DNA of 64,000 nucleotides. Source: Octopus sinensis. Taxonomy: Eukaryota. The first letter of the stretch is position 1. Each line of letters begins with the position of its first letter. Under the pieces are notes generated by a model that did no database searches, was not told where the DNA came from, and saw nothing but the letters and a program-made list of their open reading frames with translations. The position numbers were made by a program, and so were the translations under genes. Of this stretch, positions 12,150 through 23,519 are shown piece by piece. The DNA is taken from the NCBI RefSeq assembly GCF_006345805.1, contig NC_043023.1, forward strand, positions 20,584,001-20,648,000, read 5' to 3'.

Positions 12150-12563
12150 TTAACTCTTTTACTTGTTTCGGTCATTTTTACTGCGGCCATGCTGGAGCAC
12201 CGCCTTTATTGAGCAAATCAACCCTAGGATTTATTCTACATATTCTATCGTTCTCTTTTGCCGAACCGCTAAGTTACGTGGACGTAAACATACCACCATC
12301 GGTTGTCAAGCGATGCTGGGGGGGGGGTGACAAACACAGACACACAAACATATACACATACATGTTTGGATTAACTATATATATATAGTGTAATAAATAA
12401 AATATATGCATACCTACAAACATATATGTATGTACCTACATCTACATGTATATATACATGCATATATAAATATATATACGTGAGTACAGGACACCACAAA
12501 TAGACGTAGAACTCAACGAGAAACGAAAATGCGCTTTGTTCCGTTTCTTATTCCTCCCAGTAC

Positions 12564-12609
<46 letters not shown>

Positions 12610-12760
12610 ATGGGCTTCTTTTAGTCTCCGTCTACCAAATCCACTCACAAGGCTTTGGTTGGCCCAAGGCTTTGGTAGAAGACACTTGCCCAAGGTGCCA
12701 CGCAGTGGGACTGAACCCAGAACCATGTGGTTGGTAAGCAAGCTATTTACCCCACAGCCA
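12150..12760 (-). mobile_element. SINE family B split by an insertion in its internal microsatellite
   Basis: Tail about 12150-12370, head about 12609-12760. Confidence 0.78.
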
Positions 12761-12884
12761 ATCCTGCTGTCGGATAAATCATAATTAACTGATCCCCCCC
12801 CTGTATTTTCTTCCCCCAAAAGCTTGGAGCTTTGCAGCATGTCTTCCTGTCTATTGATTTCAAATTTTGGCCCAAAGCCAGCAA

Positions 12885-13130
12885 TTGACTTAATCCGTTT
12901 GTCTGTCCTTGTTTGTCCCCTCTGTGTTTAGCCCCTTACGGGTAGTAAAGAAATAGGTATTTCGCCCATCGCTACGTTCTGAGTTCAAATTCCGCCGAGG
13001 TCGACTTTGCCTTTCATCCTTTCAGTGTCGATAAATTAAGTACCAGTTACGCACTGGGGCTCAAATTTAATCGCCTGGCTCTCCTCCCCCAAAATTTCAG
13101 GCCTCGTGCCTAGAGTAGAAAAGAATTATA
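12885..13130 (+). mobile_element. SINE family A body and tail
   Basis: Same unit sequence; tail GGCCTCGTGCCTAGAGTAGAAAAGAATTA. Confidence 0.8.
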
Positions 13131-14075
13131 ACTGAAAACCGTTCCCCTCCTTGTTATCTGTACCATCATTACCACCAGCAACTCAACCACTCGTGACACC
13201 ACCATCAGCCGCAGCAGCCGTTCAAGAATTTGGACCTGGAGATCTCCATTTCCAGCGACTTCGAGGGCCACCTCCCAGTTTTTATTTTTGTTAAGCACTC
13301 CGTCAGTTACGACGATGAAGGTTCCGGTTGATCGGAATCAACGGAACAGCCTGCTCGTGAAATTAACGTGTAAGTGGCTGAGCACTCCACAGACACGTCT
13401 GACCTTCAGTATAATACGCAAGGGATTTTTAGGGGGCTGATCCTCTGAAAAACCTAAACCCTCTCTCTCTTTCGGAGAGGCACTGAGCAGCTATACGCAC
13501 ACATACACACATGGCAGTAACTCCCACCTACCGAATTCAATCACAAAGCTCCGGTCAGCTCGGGTCTATAGTAGAGGACACCAGCCCAAAGTGCCATGCA
13601 GTGGGACTGAACCCGAAACCATGTAGCTAGGAAGACTTGTGTATAATACGCACCCCTTCTCTAACTTGAGTCAAGGTCTATATAATGTCCTTGGTTTGTA
13701 AAACTGTATACGGTAACGTCCTTTTTTTATTGTATATATAACATATGCAAACGTCTAGCTTTTTTGTGCATTTTGTTTGCAGAAAATAAAGAAATAACAG
13801 TAATAACGTTTAATAAATGTTGCTTACTGCAAGTTATGGATGATTCTTTTATGACTTCATTGCTTTCAGGCTTAGCTTAAGGTAGTTTCATGCCCGACAT
13901 CACAAAATGCGTCTGAATAAACATTGCTGGACGGCAAATAGAGACTCGGACATTGCTTAGAAAATAATTTTCATTTTTAACCTCGTATATAGTACGCACT
14001 TGGGATTTTGACCTTTAAATTTTGGGAAAAAGGTGGATTATACTCGAGGATTTATGGTATATATATATATATATA

Positions 14076-14535
14076 TTGGGTTGTCCGGAAAGTTCGTGCA
14101 AATTTATAGTAGCTTACCTTTCGATTTATTTTAGAACATGGTTGAGTCCATAAAATAGGATTTGACTACACCTCCATTTAGAGCACAGTTTAAGCTATCT
14201 TTTCGTGGAAGAAGGTTTATGTTCCTATAACCTGTGTTAATTCTGTAACCCTTTAAAATGGAAGATAAGAAACTTCATTTTCCACACTTGATGCTCTGGG
14301 AACCAGACAAAAATTGCTGCAGCTTTGATAGGATATGTTACCCCACCCTCCATATTCACCAGATATTGCTCCTTCAGATTTCCACTTATTCAGGTCTCTG
14401 CAGAATAGTCTTAATGGTAAAAATTTCAATTCCTTGGATGACGTAAAAAGATACCTTGATGAATTCTTTGCCATGAAACCACCTCAATTCAGGGAAGAGG
14501 GTATTTTCAAGTTAAAGGGAAGATGGAATACACAT
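14076..14535 (+). mobile_element. internally deleted mariner (mellifera-like) transposon fragment
   Basis: TA-flanked left end TTGGGTTGTCCGGAAAG; N-terminus MEDKKLHF joined to C-terminal PHPPYSPDIAPSDFHLFRSLQN (YSPDLAPSD motif). Confidence 0.88.
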
Positions 14536-14784
14536 CATTGATTGGTTGAAATTACCAAAATACGACAACTTTAACGTGAAATAACTTCCTAAATATAAGC
14601 TATTCACAAAAACGCTAAGAGTGAAAGATGTTTTATATGACACATTGTACCAGTGTCCGAAGTTTGAAAGCATTTAGTTACAAAAAATTATTTTCTAAAT
14701 CTGTTGGTCAAAAGGTAAAAGATCCCAGAGTGGTAAGAAAATGTGACGATAATGGAGTGAATGATTATCTTATGAGTTCCATTA

Positions 14785-14863
14785 GCTCACAGCTGTTTCT
14801 GCTATAAAATGCAGTGGACTCATAGCTGAGTGCTTGAGTTACACCGAGTAGCTTCATCAGAGC
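14785..14863 (-). ncRNA. hammerhead-ribozyme-like motif (canonical core, G at cleavage position)
   Basis: GCT-CTGATGA-A-GCTA...TAGC-A-GAAA-CAGCTG-T-G-AGC. Confidence 0.6.
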
Positions 14864-15171
14864 CTATTCTTACATGTCTGTTTACACAAACACACACACA
14901 CGTTAAACAAAGGCTTGTGAGTGTATGTGTGTATGTACTGTGTTTCCCCAAAAATAAGACCTGCCATGATATCTTAGGATGATTATAATATAAACCCCAC
15001 CCCTAAGATAAGACCTAGTCAAAAATGCATTAGCTTGTTAGCAAGATTGTGCGATGTTTGCAACATACAGCAACTACCACAGTTCGGCTAAAGTCTGCAC
15101 TAAGCGCCCATGCATCAGGGTCACTCCCTTGACTTGACTCCCTTGTACCCCAGGCAAGATGAGTGCAAAAT

Positions 15172-15912
15172 AGGTATTTCGTCTGCCGCTACATTCTGAG
15201 TTCAAATTCCGCTGAGGTCGACTTTGCCTTTCATCCTTTTGGGGTCGATTAAATAAGTACCAGTTACACACTGGAGTCGATGTAGTCGACTTAATCCGTT
15301 TGTCTGTCCTTCTTTGTCCCCTCTGTGTTTAGCCCCTTGTGGGTAGTAAAGAAATAGGTATTTTGTCTGCTGCTACGTTCTGAGTTCAAATTCCGCTGAG
15401 GTCGACTTTGCCTTTCATCCTTTTGGGGTCGATTAAATAAGTACCAGTTACACACTGGGGTCGATGTAATCGACTTAATCCGTTTGTCTGTCCTTGTTTG
15501 TCCCCTCTGTGTTTAGCCCCTTGTGGTTAGTAAAGAAATAGGTATTTTGTCTGCTGCTACATTCTGAGTTCAAATTCCGCTGAGGTCGACTTTGCCTTTC
15601 ATTCTTTCGGGGTTGATTAAATAAGTACCAGTTATGCACTGGGGTCGATGTAATCGACTTAATCCCTTTGTCTGTCCTTGTTTGTCTCCTCTTTGTGTTT
15701 AGCCCCTTGTGGGTAGTAAAGAAATAGGTATTTGGTCTGTTTTTACATTCCGAGTTTAAATTCCGCTGAGGTCGACTTTGCCTTTCACCCTTTTGCGGCC
15801 GATAAATAAAGTACCAGTTACGCACTGGGGTCAATGTAATCGACTTAATCCCTGTGTCTGTCCTTGTTTGTCCCCTCTGTGCTTAGCCCTTTGTGGGCAA
15901 TAAAGAAATAAG
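15172..15912 (+). repeat. headless array of four SINE family A bodies
   Basis: Unit starts at 15174, 15358, 15542, 15728. Confidence 0.9.
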
Positions 15913-16565
15913 AAATAAAGCCATCCCGAATATTATTTTCGCTAGATGAAAGTGATTTCTTTTGTGCCGTAGACCTTTTACCATTTCTGTGGTGCCGCCC
16001 CCCCCTCCTTCCTTTGATGCCCTAAACATGTGCTTATTTTGCTTAATGGTTACTCCGGCACTGTTTTTACCCACCAAGTGGGTCTGAGGGTCCACCAGAG
16101 TAAAATGGCAATTAAAGGAGTCCGTATGTAATATTGGTTGAAAACCTCTGTGTTAGGGGATCCTTTCTGTACTGTTTTTTGGTGTAGTAGCGATTTACAA
16201 GGGACTGCTTGTCTTTGAGCCCCTAGCTGCGATGTGGGTTCATCTGAGATTTCAGAAGACCCCCACATATACACCTCACGAATCTCTGATGCTGTCTGAC
16301 TAGTTGTGTTAACGGTTGCAGACCCCTGACTTCCTGACCCCTAAGCTGTTACAATACTTGGTCCGCAAATGTTTTGCTCATGTCCCTGTAACTCAGTCGT
16401 TCGGCAAAAGACGACTGAAGAACAAGAACTAGGCTTATAGAAAAGAGGAACTGGATTCAATCTCTTCAGCTAAAAACACCCTTGATGGTGGTTCCCCAGC
16501 ATGACCGCTGTCCAACGGCTCACTGATTTCATCATTTAAGGATTACATCCTCACTTTATACACAT

Positions 16566-16587
16566 ATCTATCTATCTATCTACTTAC

Positions 16588-16626
<39 letters not shown>

Positions 16627-16800
16627 CCTACCTACCTACCTACCTACCTACCTACCTATCTATCTATCTACCTACCTACCTACCTATCTACCTACCTACC
16701 TACCTACCTACCTATCTATCTATCTATCTATCTACCTACCTACCTACCTACCTACCTACCTACCTACCTACCTACCTATCTATCTATCTATCTATCTATC
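16566..16800. repeat. (TATC)n/(TACC)n compound microsatellite, 5' flank of Tx1
   Basis: Direct reading. Confidence 0.97.
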
Positions 16801-19800
16801 ACGCTTTTCGACTCGTATCAGTTTACGCACCGCCCTTAACAGGTCGGGCGGATTTCTTTCAACGTCTAGAAGTTTTCTTGGGAACGTCTCGTCCTTTACT
16901 CTTAGTGGGGGATTGGAATGCTACCTTGGACACGCATGTAGACTACGTGGTAGAGATAGGAATAGTAGGGATGCAAATGCCTCAGAGACCTGTCAGACGC
17001 TTTCAACTGTCTGACAGGTTCCGACTAGACCACCCGAATGCGCCAACGTGGACATGGAGCAACCGCATCGGGTCGTCGAGATCGTATCTAGATAGGATAC
17101 TGTGTAGGACAGTAGATAGTGGATAGCATAGGATGTCCACAATTCCACATAGTCAGCTACACGGATCACAAACTGTGACATGTACGCTAGACTTAGGTAA
17201 GACACTTGGCAGGGTCCCGGATACTGGAAACTAAACGCGTCCTTCCCATCGAGACAAGTTTTCAGAGACCGGATTAGCACACTAGTAAAGAGGGCTTTGA
17301 CGGGAGCCATCATCAACAACAAATGGTGGTTGCCCTCAAGAGAGCAGTAAAAGCAGAAGCGATTAGGTACAGCAAAGCACTAGCCATAGATAGAAATAGA
17401 GTAGAGGGTGAGCTAGTTAAGAAGCTAGAAGAGGCAATTAGAAGCGGCATCGCATCCGACGTTTTGGCGGCGAGGTTGGCCCTCGACCAACACTTCAACG
17501 CCAAACACGAAGGATGTGCTGTCAGAGCTAGGATGCGTGCTCTAAAGAACGAAGGTGTTGGAGCCGCGAGAGAGAAGCCCGGTGGCAGAGGCGCAACAGG
17601 GCAACAAAGCCACCATTCGGTCACTGGTAGATGAACAGGGGCGCGAATTGCTCGAGCCAAGAAATGTGTGAGGCCTTTCAGCAGCATTTTGCCCGACTGT
17701 TCGGAACGAGTGGAGGGCAAGAACGTAGGGTGGACTCAGTGCCTACCTACATAGCCTACCACGACTCTCGACAAGAAAGGCAGGGTGCTGCGAAGGTGCC
17801 ATCACGGCGGCGGAAGTGCGGGAAGCGATGGCAGAATGCTCGAGGGACAAATCACCGGGTTTGGATGGTCTACCCTACGAGCTTTACAATTGTATGCCAG
17901 ACTTGTTTGGAGATCTCTGGGCGGCGGTGTACTGCAACTGGCAGCAAAACGGGAGCATTCCTGGTTTTGTGAGCCGAGGAGCCGTAACACTGCTGAGAGA
18001 AAGATCTAAACAAGGGAAATGTAATAGATAACTTTAGGCCCATCACTCTGCTTAATGCAGACTTGAAAATTTTGGCCAGGTGCTAGCCAAGAGGTTGGCG
18101 CTTGTCATCGAGAAACTGGTCGACAAGGCGCAAACATGCGCCGTGCCAGGCCGGACCATCCATGACAACCTCCATCTAATGCGCTACATCATAGACAGGG
18201 TAGTTAACGAACCTGGCATGGGTGGGGCCCTGATCAACTTGGATCAATCGAAAGCCTTTGATAGGGTAGACCATCGATACTTGGAGGCAGTCCTGAGAGC
18301 GGCTGGTTTCGGTCCCGTCTTCCGCGGCTGGATAGCTGCCTTGTACAGAGGCATCCGTTCGGTAATTCGCGTAAATGGACATCTATCGAGACCTTTCGAC
18401 ATTGCACGTTCGGTCCGTCAGGATGCCCCCTCTTGGCGCTTCTATACGTATTGACTCTTGAGCCACTACTGCGGAAGCTGGCGACTCTAAGGGGCATCCC
18501 GCGAGAATTGGGATGCGGGACGAGCGTGTCTGCATACGCGGACGACGTCACCGTCATAGTGTCTAGCCACGAGCACATCGAGCTGGTCGGCGAGACACTG
18601 AAAAACTACGAAGCGGGTGACAGGAGCGAAAATCAACCGGGAAAAGTCAGTGGGCTTGCGACTAGGCACCTGGAGAAGCAAGCCCATGCCGTCCACCAGC
18701 GCCTCCGTCGTGGGACGCTGGACCGACGGCCCGGTTGAGTTGCTCGGGGTCTGGTTTGGTCCGGACCTCCAAGTGGAGAAGAACTGGAACGAGATAACGA
18801 GTAGGGTGGTCACTCTCGCCCGGCCGGCAATGGGCCAAGAGGAAACTGTCCCTAAAAGGTCGAGCGGAGGTGGCGAACACGTACATCGCGTCCGTCATCT
18901 ACTACCGCCTGACCGTCGTACCTTGTCCCGACCCTACCATCACCAAACTACAACGCATCCTCTTTCGCTTCTTGTGGAAAGGATGCGTCCCGATGGTCAG
19001 GCGATCCATTTGCTGTCAACACCCGTTAAAAGGAGGCTGGGCATGCCGTGGTTGATGATGCGCAGACACGCGCTGAGAGATGCGACATCTCTGGCTCTAT
19101 GTAGACGACGGTGAACAGGTGTGGTCGCCGTTTGTGAGGCACGCTTTCCCGCAGCTCGTCTCCATGACCGAACTGCAGTCGTGGATCAAAAAGAGGCCGA
19201 GGAAGGGCGAATGGCACCGCGAGTGTCGCGTTGCTCTCAAGCAACTCTGCCGTCCTGGATCGACCTTAAGTGACTTCAACACAACCAAAGCATTCTATAG
19301 GGGTTTAGTGGAGGGGAGGTACGACGACGAGCTCGGGGCGAACCTGGACGTCGACGAGGAGTACCTGACCCGCCTGTTCGGGACGACTTTCGGGCCAGGG
19401 CCCATGGACAACTTCCAGAGATCCCTGGCCTGGCAGTGCTACCGAGAAGCGCTACCCGTTCGGGATAAGCTCTACAGACACGGCTCGAGAAAACGGGGCC
19501 GACCTGCCCGAGATGCGGTCAGAGCGACGAAACCGTTCTGCACGCACTCGTTCAGTGTCCAACAATTTCCGACCTGTGGGCTTATGTCGAACAACTGCTG
19601 TCACGTGTGGGACGAGTCGGTTTATCAGCTGAGTCTATCGTCAATATTGTCACGCCTCCTTCCTTCAAACGGGAAGGAAGAGCTATTTTCATCATCCTTG
19701 TGGCTATGGCGAAAGAATGTATCTGGTGGACGCGTCTGAAAGGATTGGAGAAAACACTTTCCTCTCTGGTCAATCTCTCATCAACTTCTTCAAGTACCAC

Positions 19801-20208
19801 TTGAAAAGAAAGTGAGAGTAGAGAGGCAAGTTTTGTCTAGCGAATGTTTTAAAAAAAATGGGTGAATGTAGCAAGAATGGCACGTATGAATGACGAAGCC
19901 ACCTTGGCATAGTCCTATGAACCCAGAAATCGAAAACAGAGAGTTGCTTATTTGCAAAAAAAAAAAAAAAAAAAAGAAATATAATATGTGACTTCATTGA
20001 CCGAGGTTACGTGGTCTTTTCCAGGCTTTTCTTTCCACGGGTAAACCTCACCTGTCCTCCCCTTTACACTTCATATTGACATTTCTGTGATAACGATCCC
20101 TATTGATCAATTTTTTTTTCCTCTCCCCCCTTTTTTTTTTTTTTTTTAACCCCCCTTTTTTGTCCTCTTTCTCTCCTTTTACGATCCCTTTTGATCGAAA
20201 CTCCCCCT

Positions 20209-20242
<34 letters not shown>

Positions 20243-20313
20243 CTTCAAAAGAAAAGCTCTACCTTGTAATTTGTTCTATCTGTGTGCAGCCCTGTGTGGC
20301 TAATAAAGAAACA
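16801..20313 (+). mobile_element. Tx1/L1-clade non-LTR retrotransposon, 5'-truncated inside the endonuclease, frameshifted ORF2
   Basis: APE motifs SVYAP, GDWN, SYLDRI; RT motifs KSPGLDGLPYELY, LDQSKAFDRVDH, YADD (18535-18546), GAKINREKS; C-terminal CPRCGQSDETVLHALVQC knuckle (about 19502-19560); stop 19910-19912; 3' UTR ends AATAAA (20302) then (TATC)n. Confidence 0.92.
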
Positions 20314-20438
20314 TATCTATCTATCTATCTATCTACCTACCTACCTACCTATCTATCTATCTATCTATCTATCCTACCTATCTATCTATCTACCTATCTA
20401 CTCTATCTACCTACCTACCTACCTACCTACCTACCTAC

Positions 20439-20474
<36 letters not shown>

Positions 20475-20551
20475 TCTATCTATCTAATCTATCTATCTAT
20501 CTATCTACTATCTTCTTCTATCTATCTGTCTATCTATCTACCTCTATCTAC

Positions 20552-20583
<32 letters not shown>

Positions 20584-20584
20584 G

Positions 20585-20628
<44 letters not shown>

Positions 20629-20637
20629 CCTACCTAC

Positions 20638-20699
<62 letters not shown>

Positions 20700-20722
20700 C
20701 TCTCTCCCTCTATCTATCTATT
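20314..20722. repeat. (TATC)n/(TACC)n compound microsatellite, 3' flank of Tx1
   Basis: Direct reading. Confidence 0.97.
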
Positions 20723-20737
20723 AATCCATATATTTCT

Positions 20738-21290
20738 TTATTACCCACAAGGAGCTAAACACAGAGGGGACAAACAAGGAAAGACAAAGGGATTAAGTCG
20801 ATTACATCGACCCCAGTGAATAACTGGTACTTTATTGATCCTGAAAGGATGAAAGGCAAAGTCGACCTCGGCGGAATTTGAACTCAGAATGTAACAACAA
20901 ACGAAATACCTATTTCTTTACTACCCACAAGGGGCTAAACACAGAGGGGACAAATGGATTAAGTCGATTATATCATAACTGGTACTTAATTAATCGACCC
21001 CGAAAGGATGAAAGGCAAAGTCGACCTCAGCGGAATTTGAACTCAGAACATAGCAGCTGAGGAAATACTGATTTCTTTATTACCCACAGGGGGCTAAATA
21101 TAGAGGGGACAAACAAGGACAGACATAGGTATTAAGTCGATTACATCGACCCCAGTGTGTAACTGGTACTTAATTTATCGACCCCAAAAGGATGAAAGGC
21201 AAAGTCGACCTCGGCGGAATTTGAACTCAGAACGTAGCGGCAGACGAAATACCATTAAGCTTTTCGCCAGGCGCGCTAACGTTTCTGTCA
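20738..21290 (-). mobile_element. SINE family A, head plus about three bodies
   Basis: Reverse-complement head at about 21245-21290; partly deleted units follow. Confidence 0.85.
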
Positions 21291-21444
21291 CCTATAGATC
21301 AATTAATCTATAGACATAGGCATGGCATGAAGGTTACTTGTCAGTCACATGGTCCCGGGTTCAGTCTGACTGCGTGGCACCTCAGGCAAGTGTCTTGTAC
21401 TTTAGCTTCGGGCCAAACAAATCCTTGGTAGATGGTGTCTCTTT

Positions 21445-21814
21445 GTCTCGTAATTGCCATATCTGACAATTACGAGACGAAAAGATTCCATGCTTGTTTG
21501 CATGGGAAATACTCAAGAGCCGAGACCCCTACATCAATGGGACAAAACAGTGCAAGTTATGCCTTGCCGAATGCATGGAGATCCTTAAAGACTCGCTCGT
21601 GCCAGGGGACATCCCAAACTCCAGGATGGAGAATTTCGGACCATGCTTGCATTTTAGAAAATTCCTGGTGGCCTTTTGGAATCCGCATGGTGGCACCACA
21701 GCCGGAAACCAATCGCCAAGGCCGGAGGGAGACAATCATTTACCATTGTGGTGCTCTGGTGACCGCAAGATGACACGCGGTCAAAGATCGATGGACAATG
21801 GCAGAGGTAGATAA
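21445..21814 (+). mobile_element. Penelope-like element fragment, C-terminal part of a GIY-YIG endonuclease
   Basis: HI*QLRDEKIPCLFAWEILKSRDPYINGTKQCKLCLAECMEIL...NSRME...CLHFRKFL fits the PLE endonuclease pattern W.IL...PY...K.C.LCL.E..I...N.R.E...C.H..K. Confidence 0.78.
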
Positions 21815-21904
21815 TTACCTAGGGTTTTGCCCTTAAAGACGAGGCTTTCTCCCTTCTATATTTTAAAGAGATCTCAGACCAGCAGGGGTCTGAAGGTAAG
21901 CTAT

Positions 21905-22045
21905 AAGGGTTGTATGGTTAGAGTTAGGATTTTAGGGTTATGGTTTTAGGGTTAGGGTTAGGGGTTTAGGGTTTGGGTTAGGGTTTTAGGATTAGGGTGT
22001 TAGGGTTCGGGTTTTAGGGTTCGGGTTTTAGGGTTCGGGTTATGA
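21905..22045 (+). repeat. degenerate interstitial (TTAGGG)n-like array
   Basis: TTAGGG, TTTAGGG and TTCGGG units. Confidence 0.9.
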
Positions 22046-22404
22046 ATGAGAAACCCGAGGTAACCCCATACACTGGCCTACCCCACTATAATATTAACTG
22101 CGATTTATGTATTTCTGCACATGATCCTTATATAGGGTTAGGGTTAGGGATGGGGGGAAGGGTATCTTTTTTTCCTTCAGGAATGTAAATAAACCCAATC
22201 TGTTTCTTAAACGAGGGACATTTTCATACGGCACAGAATGTTTTTTACCGCAATTGACGTCAGTGATTGGTTGAAATTGCAGAACTTGAAGAAAACAAAA
22301 ACCAAATATCTTACAAACTATAGAATTTTCTCAATAAAACCAAGAGAAAAAGATGTTTTATAAACACATTTTACCAGGATACGAAGTTTAAAATTTTTTA
22401 GTTA

Positions 22405-22785
22405 CTCTTTTACTTGTTTCAGTCATTTGACTGTGGCCATGCTGGAGCACCGCCTTTAATCGAGCAACTCGACCCCGGGACTCATTCTTTGTAAGCCCAG
22501 TACTTATTCTATCGGTCTCTTTTTTGCCGAACCGCTAAGTGACAGGGACATAAACACAGCAGCATCGCTTGTCAAGCAATGCTAGGTGGACAAACACAGA
22601 CACACATACATATACATATATACGAGGGGATTCTTTCAGTTTCTGTCTACCAAATCCACTCACAAGGCATTGGTCTGCCCGGGGCTATAGCAGAAGACAC
22701 TTGCCCAAGGTGCCACACAGTGGGACTGAACCCGGAGCCATGTGGTTGGTTAGCAAGCTACTTACCACACAGCCACTCCTGCGCC
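22405..22785 (-). mobile_element. SINE family B
   Basis: Full consensus. Confidence 0.88.
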
Positions 22786-23519
22786 TAGAAATTATTTTTA
22801 AAATGCCGTTCAAACGGAAAAGATCCAAATTCTGTAGTTTGTAAAGCTATTTGTTCTTTAATTTCTTGCATTTCGGCAATTTCAACTAATCAATGACGTC
22901 TATTGAGGTGAATTCAATTTCTGAGGTGTCAGAATAATTAAAAAAAAACAAACAATCCATTTTAATTATGGGAATAGGTGATGTGTATATAATTGTATTA
23001 AGGTGTTCCTGTAAATTAAAATGGGTTTTAAATATTTGGCCCTTCTCTGTGTGACCTGGAAAGGTTAAACAAATAGTAAATCGATATATTCATCCGCCAT
23101 GTCCTAAGACAACGACAACAAAGCCTTGCCGACGAGTGAAAAATTTGAATTTTGAGAAATCTTAGATTTTAGATGCATACAGTGGAAGGAAATTTGTATG
23201 ACTAGGATTTAATTGACGGGGTGATGGTCATCCCTATGCTGGAAAAGTCAAGGGTTTTTATTGCGTCGGGGAAAGTTGGAACTATGTTTTGTATGCGGTG
23301 ATAGGAAATGTATGGTAGGGTAGTTGTTTGTTTTTTTAGCCCTGGGTAAGTCTTGATCGATCGGAATAACCATCGAAGGTATTTCTTGGAACCGTGACTA
23401 TCCCGACGTAAGGGGTTGGGGTTAGGGTAAGAGGGTTATATTTGTTAGTCGACGCTAAAAATTACGGTTACCAACGATTATATAAACCGCCGGGCAGAGT
23501 TTTGGCTGCTATTTTTAGC

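Noticed and set aside
15065-15165. U1 snRNA-like CTTGCCTGG and TGTGGTAGT on the minus strand
   Set aside because: Spacing too short and intervening sequence unlike U1
21464-21466. In-frame TGA in the PLE fragment as selenocysteine
   Set aside because: It aligns to a conserved Trp position (TGG to TGA), not Cys
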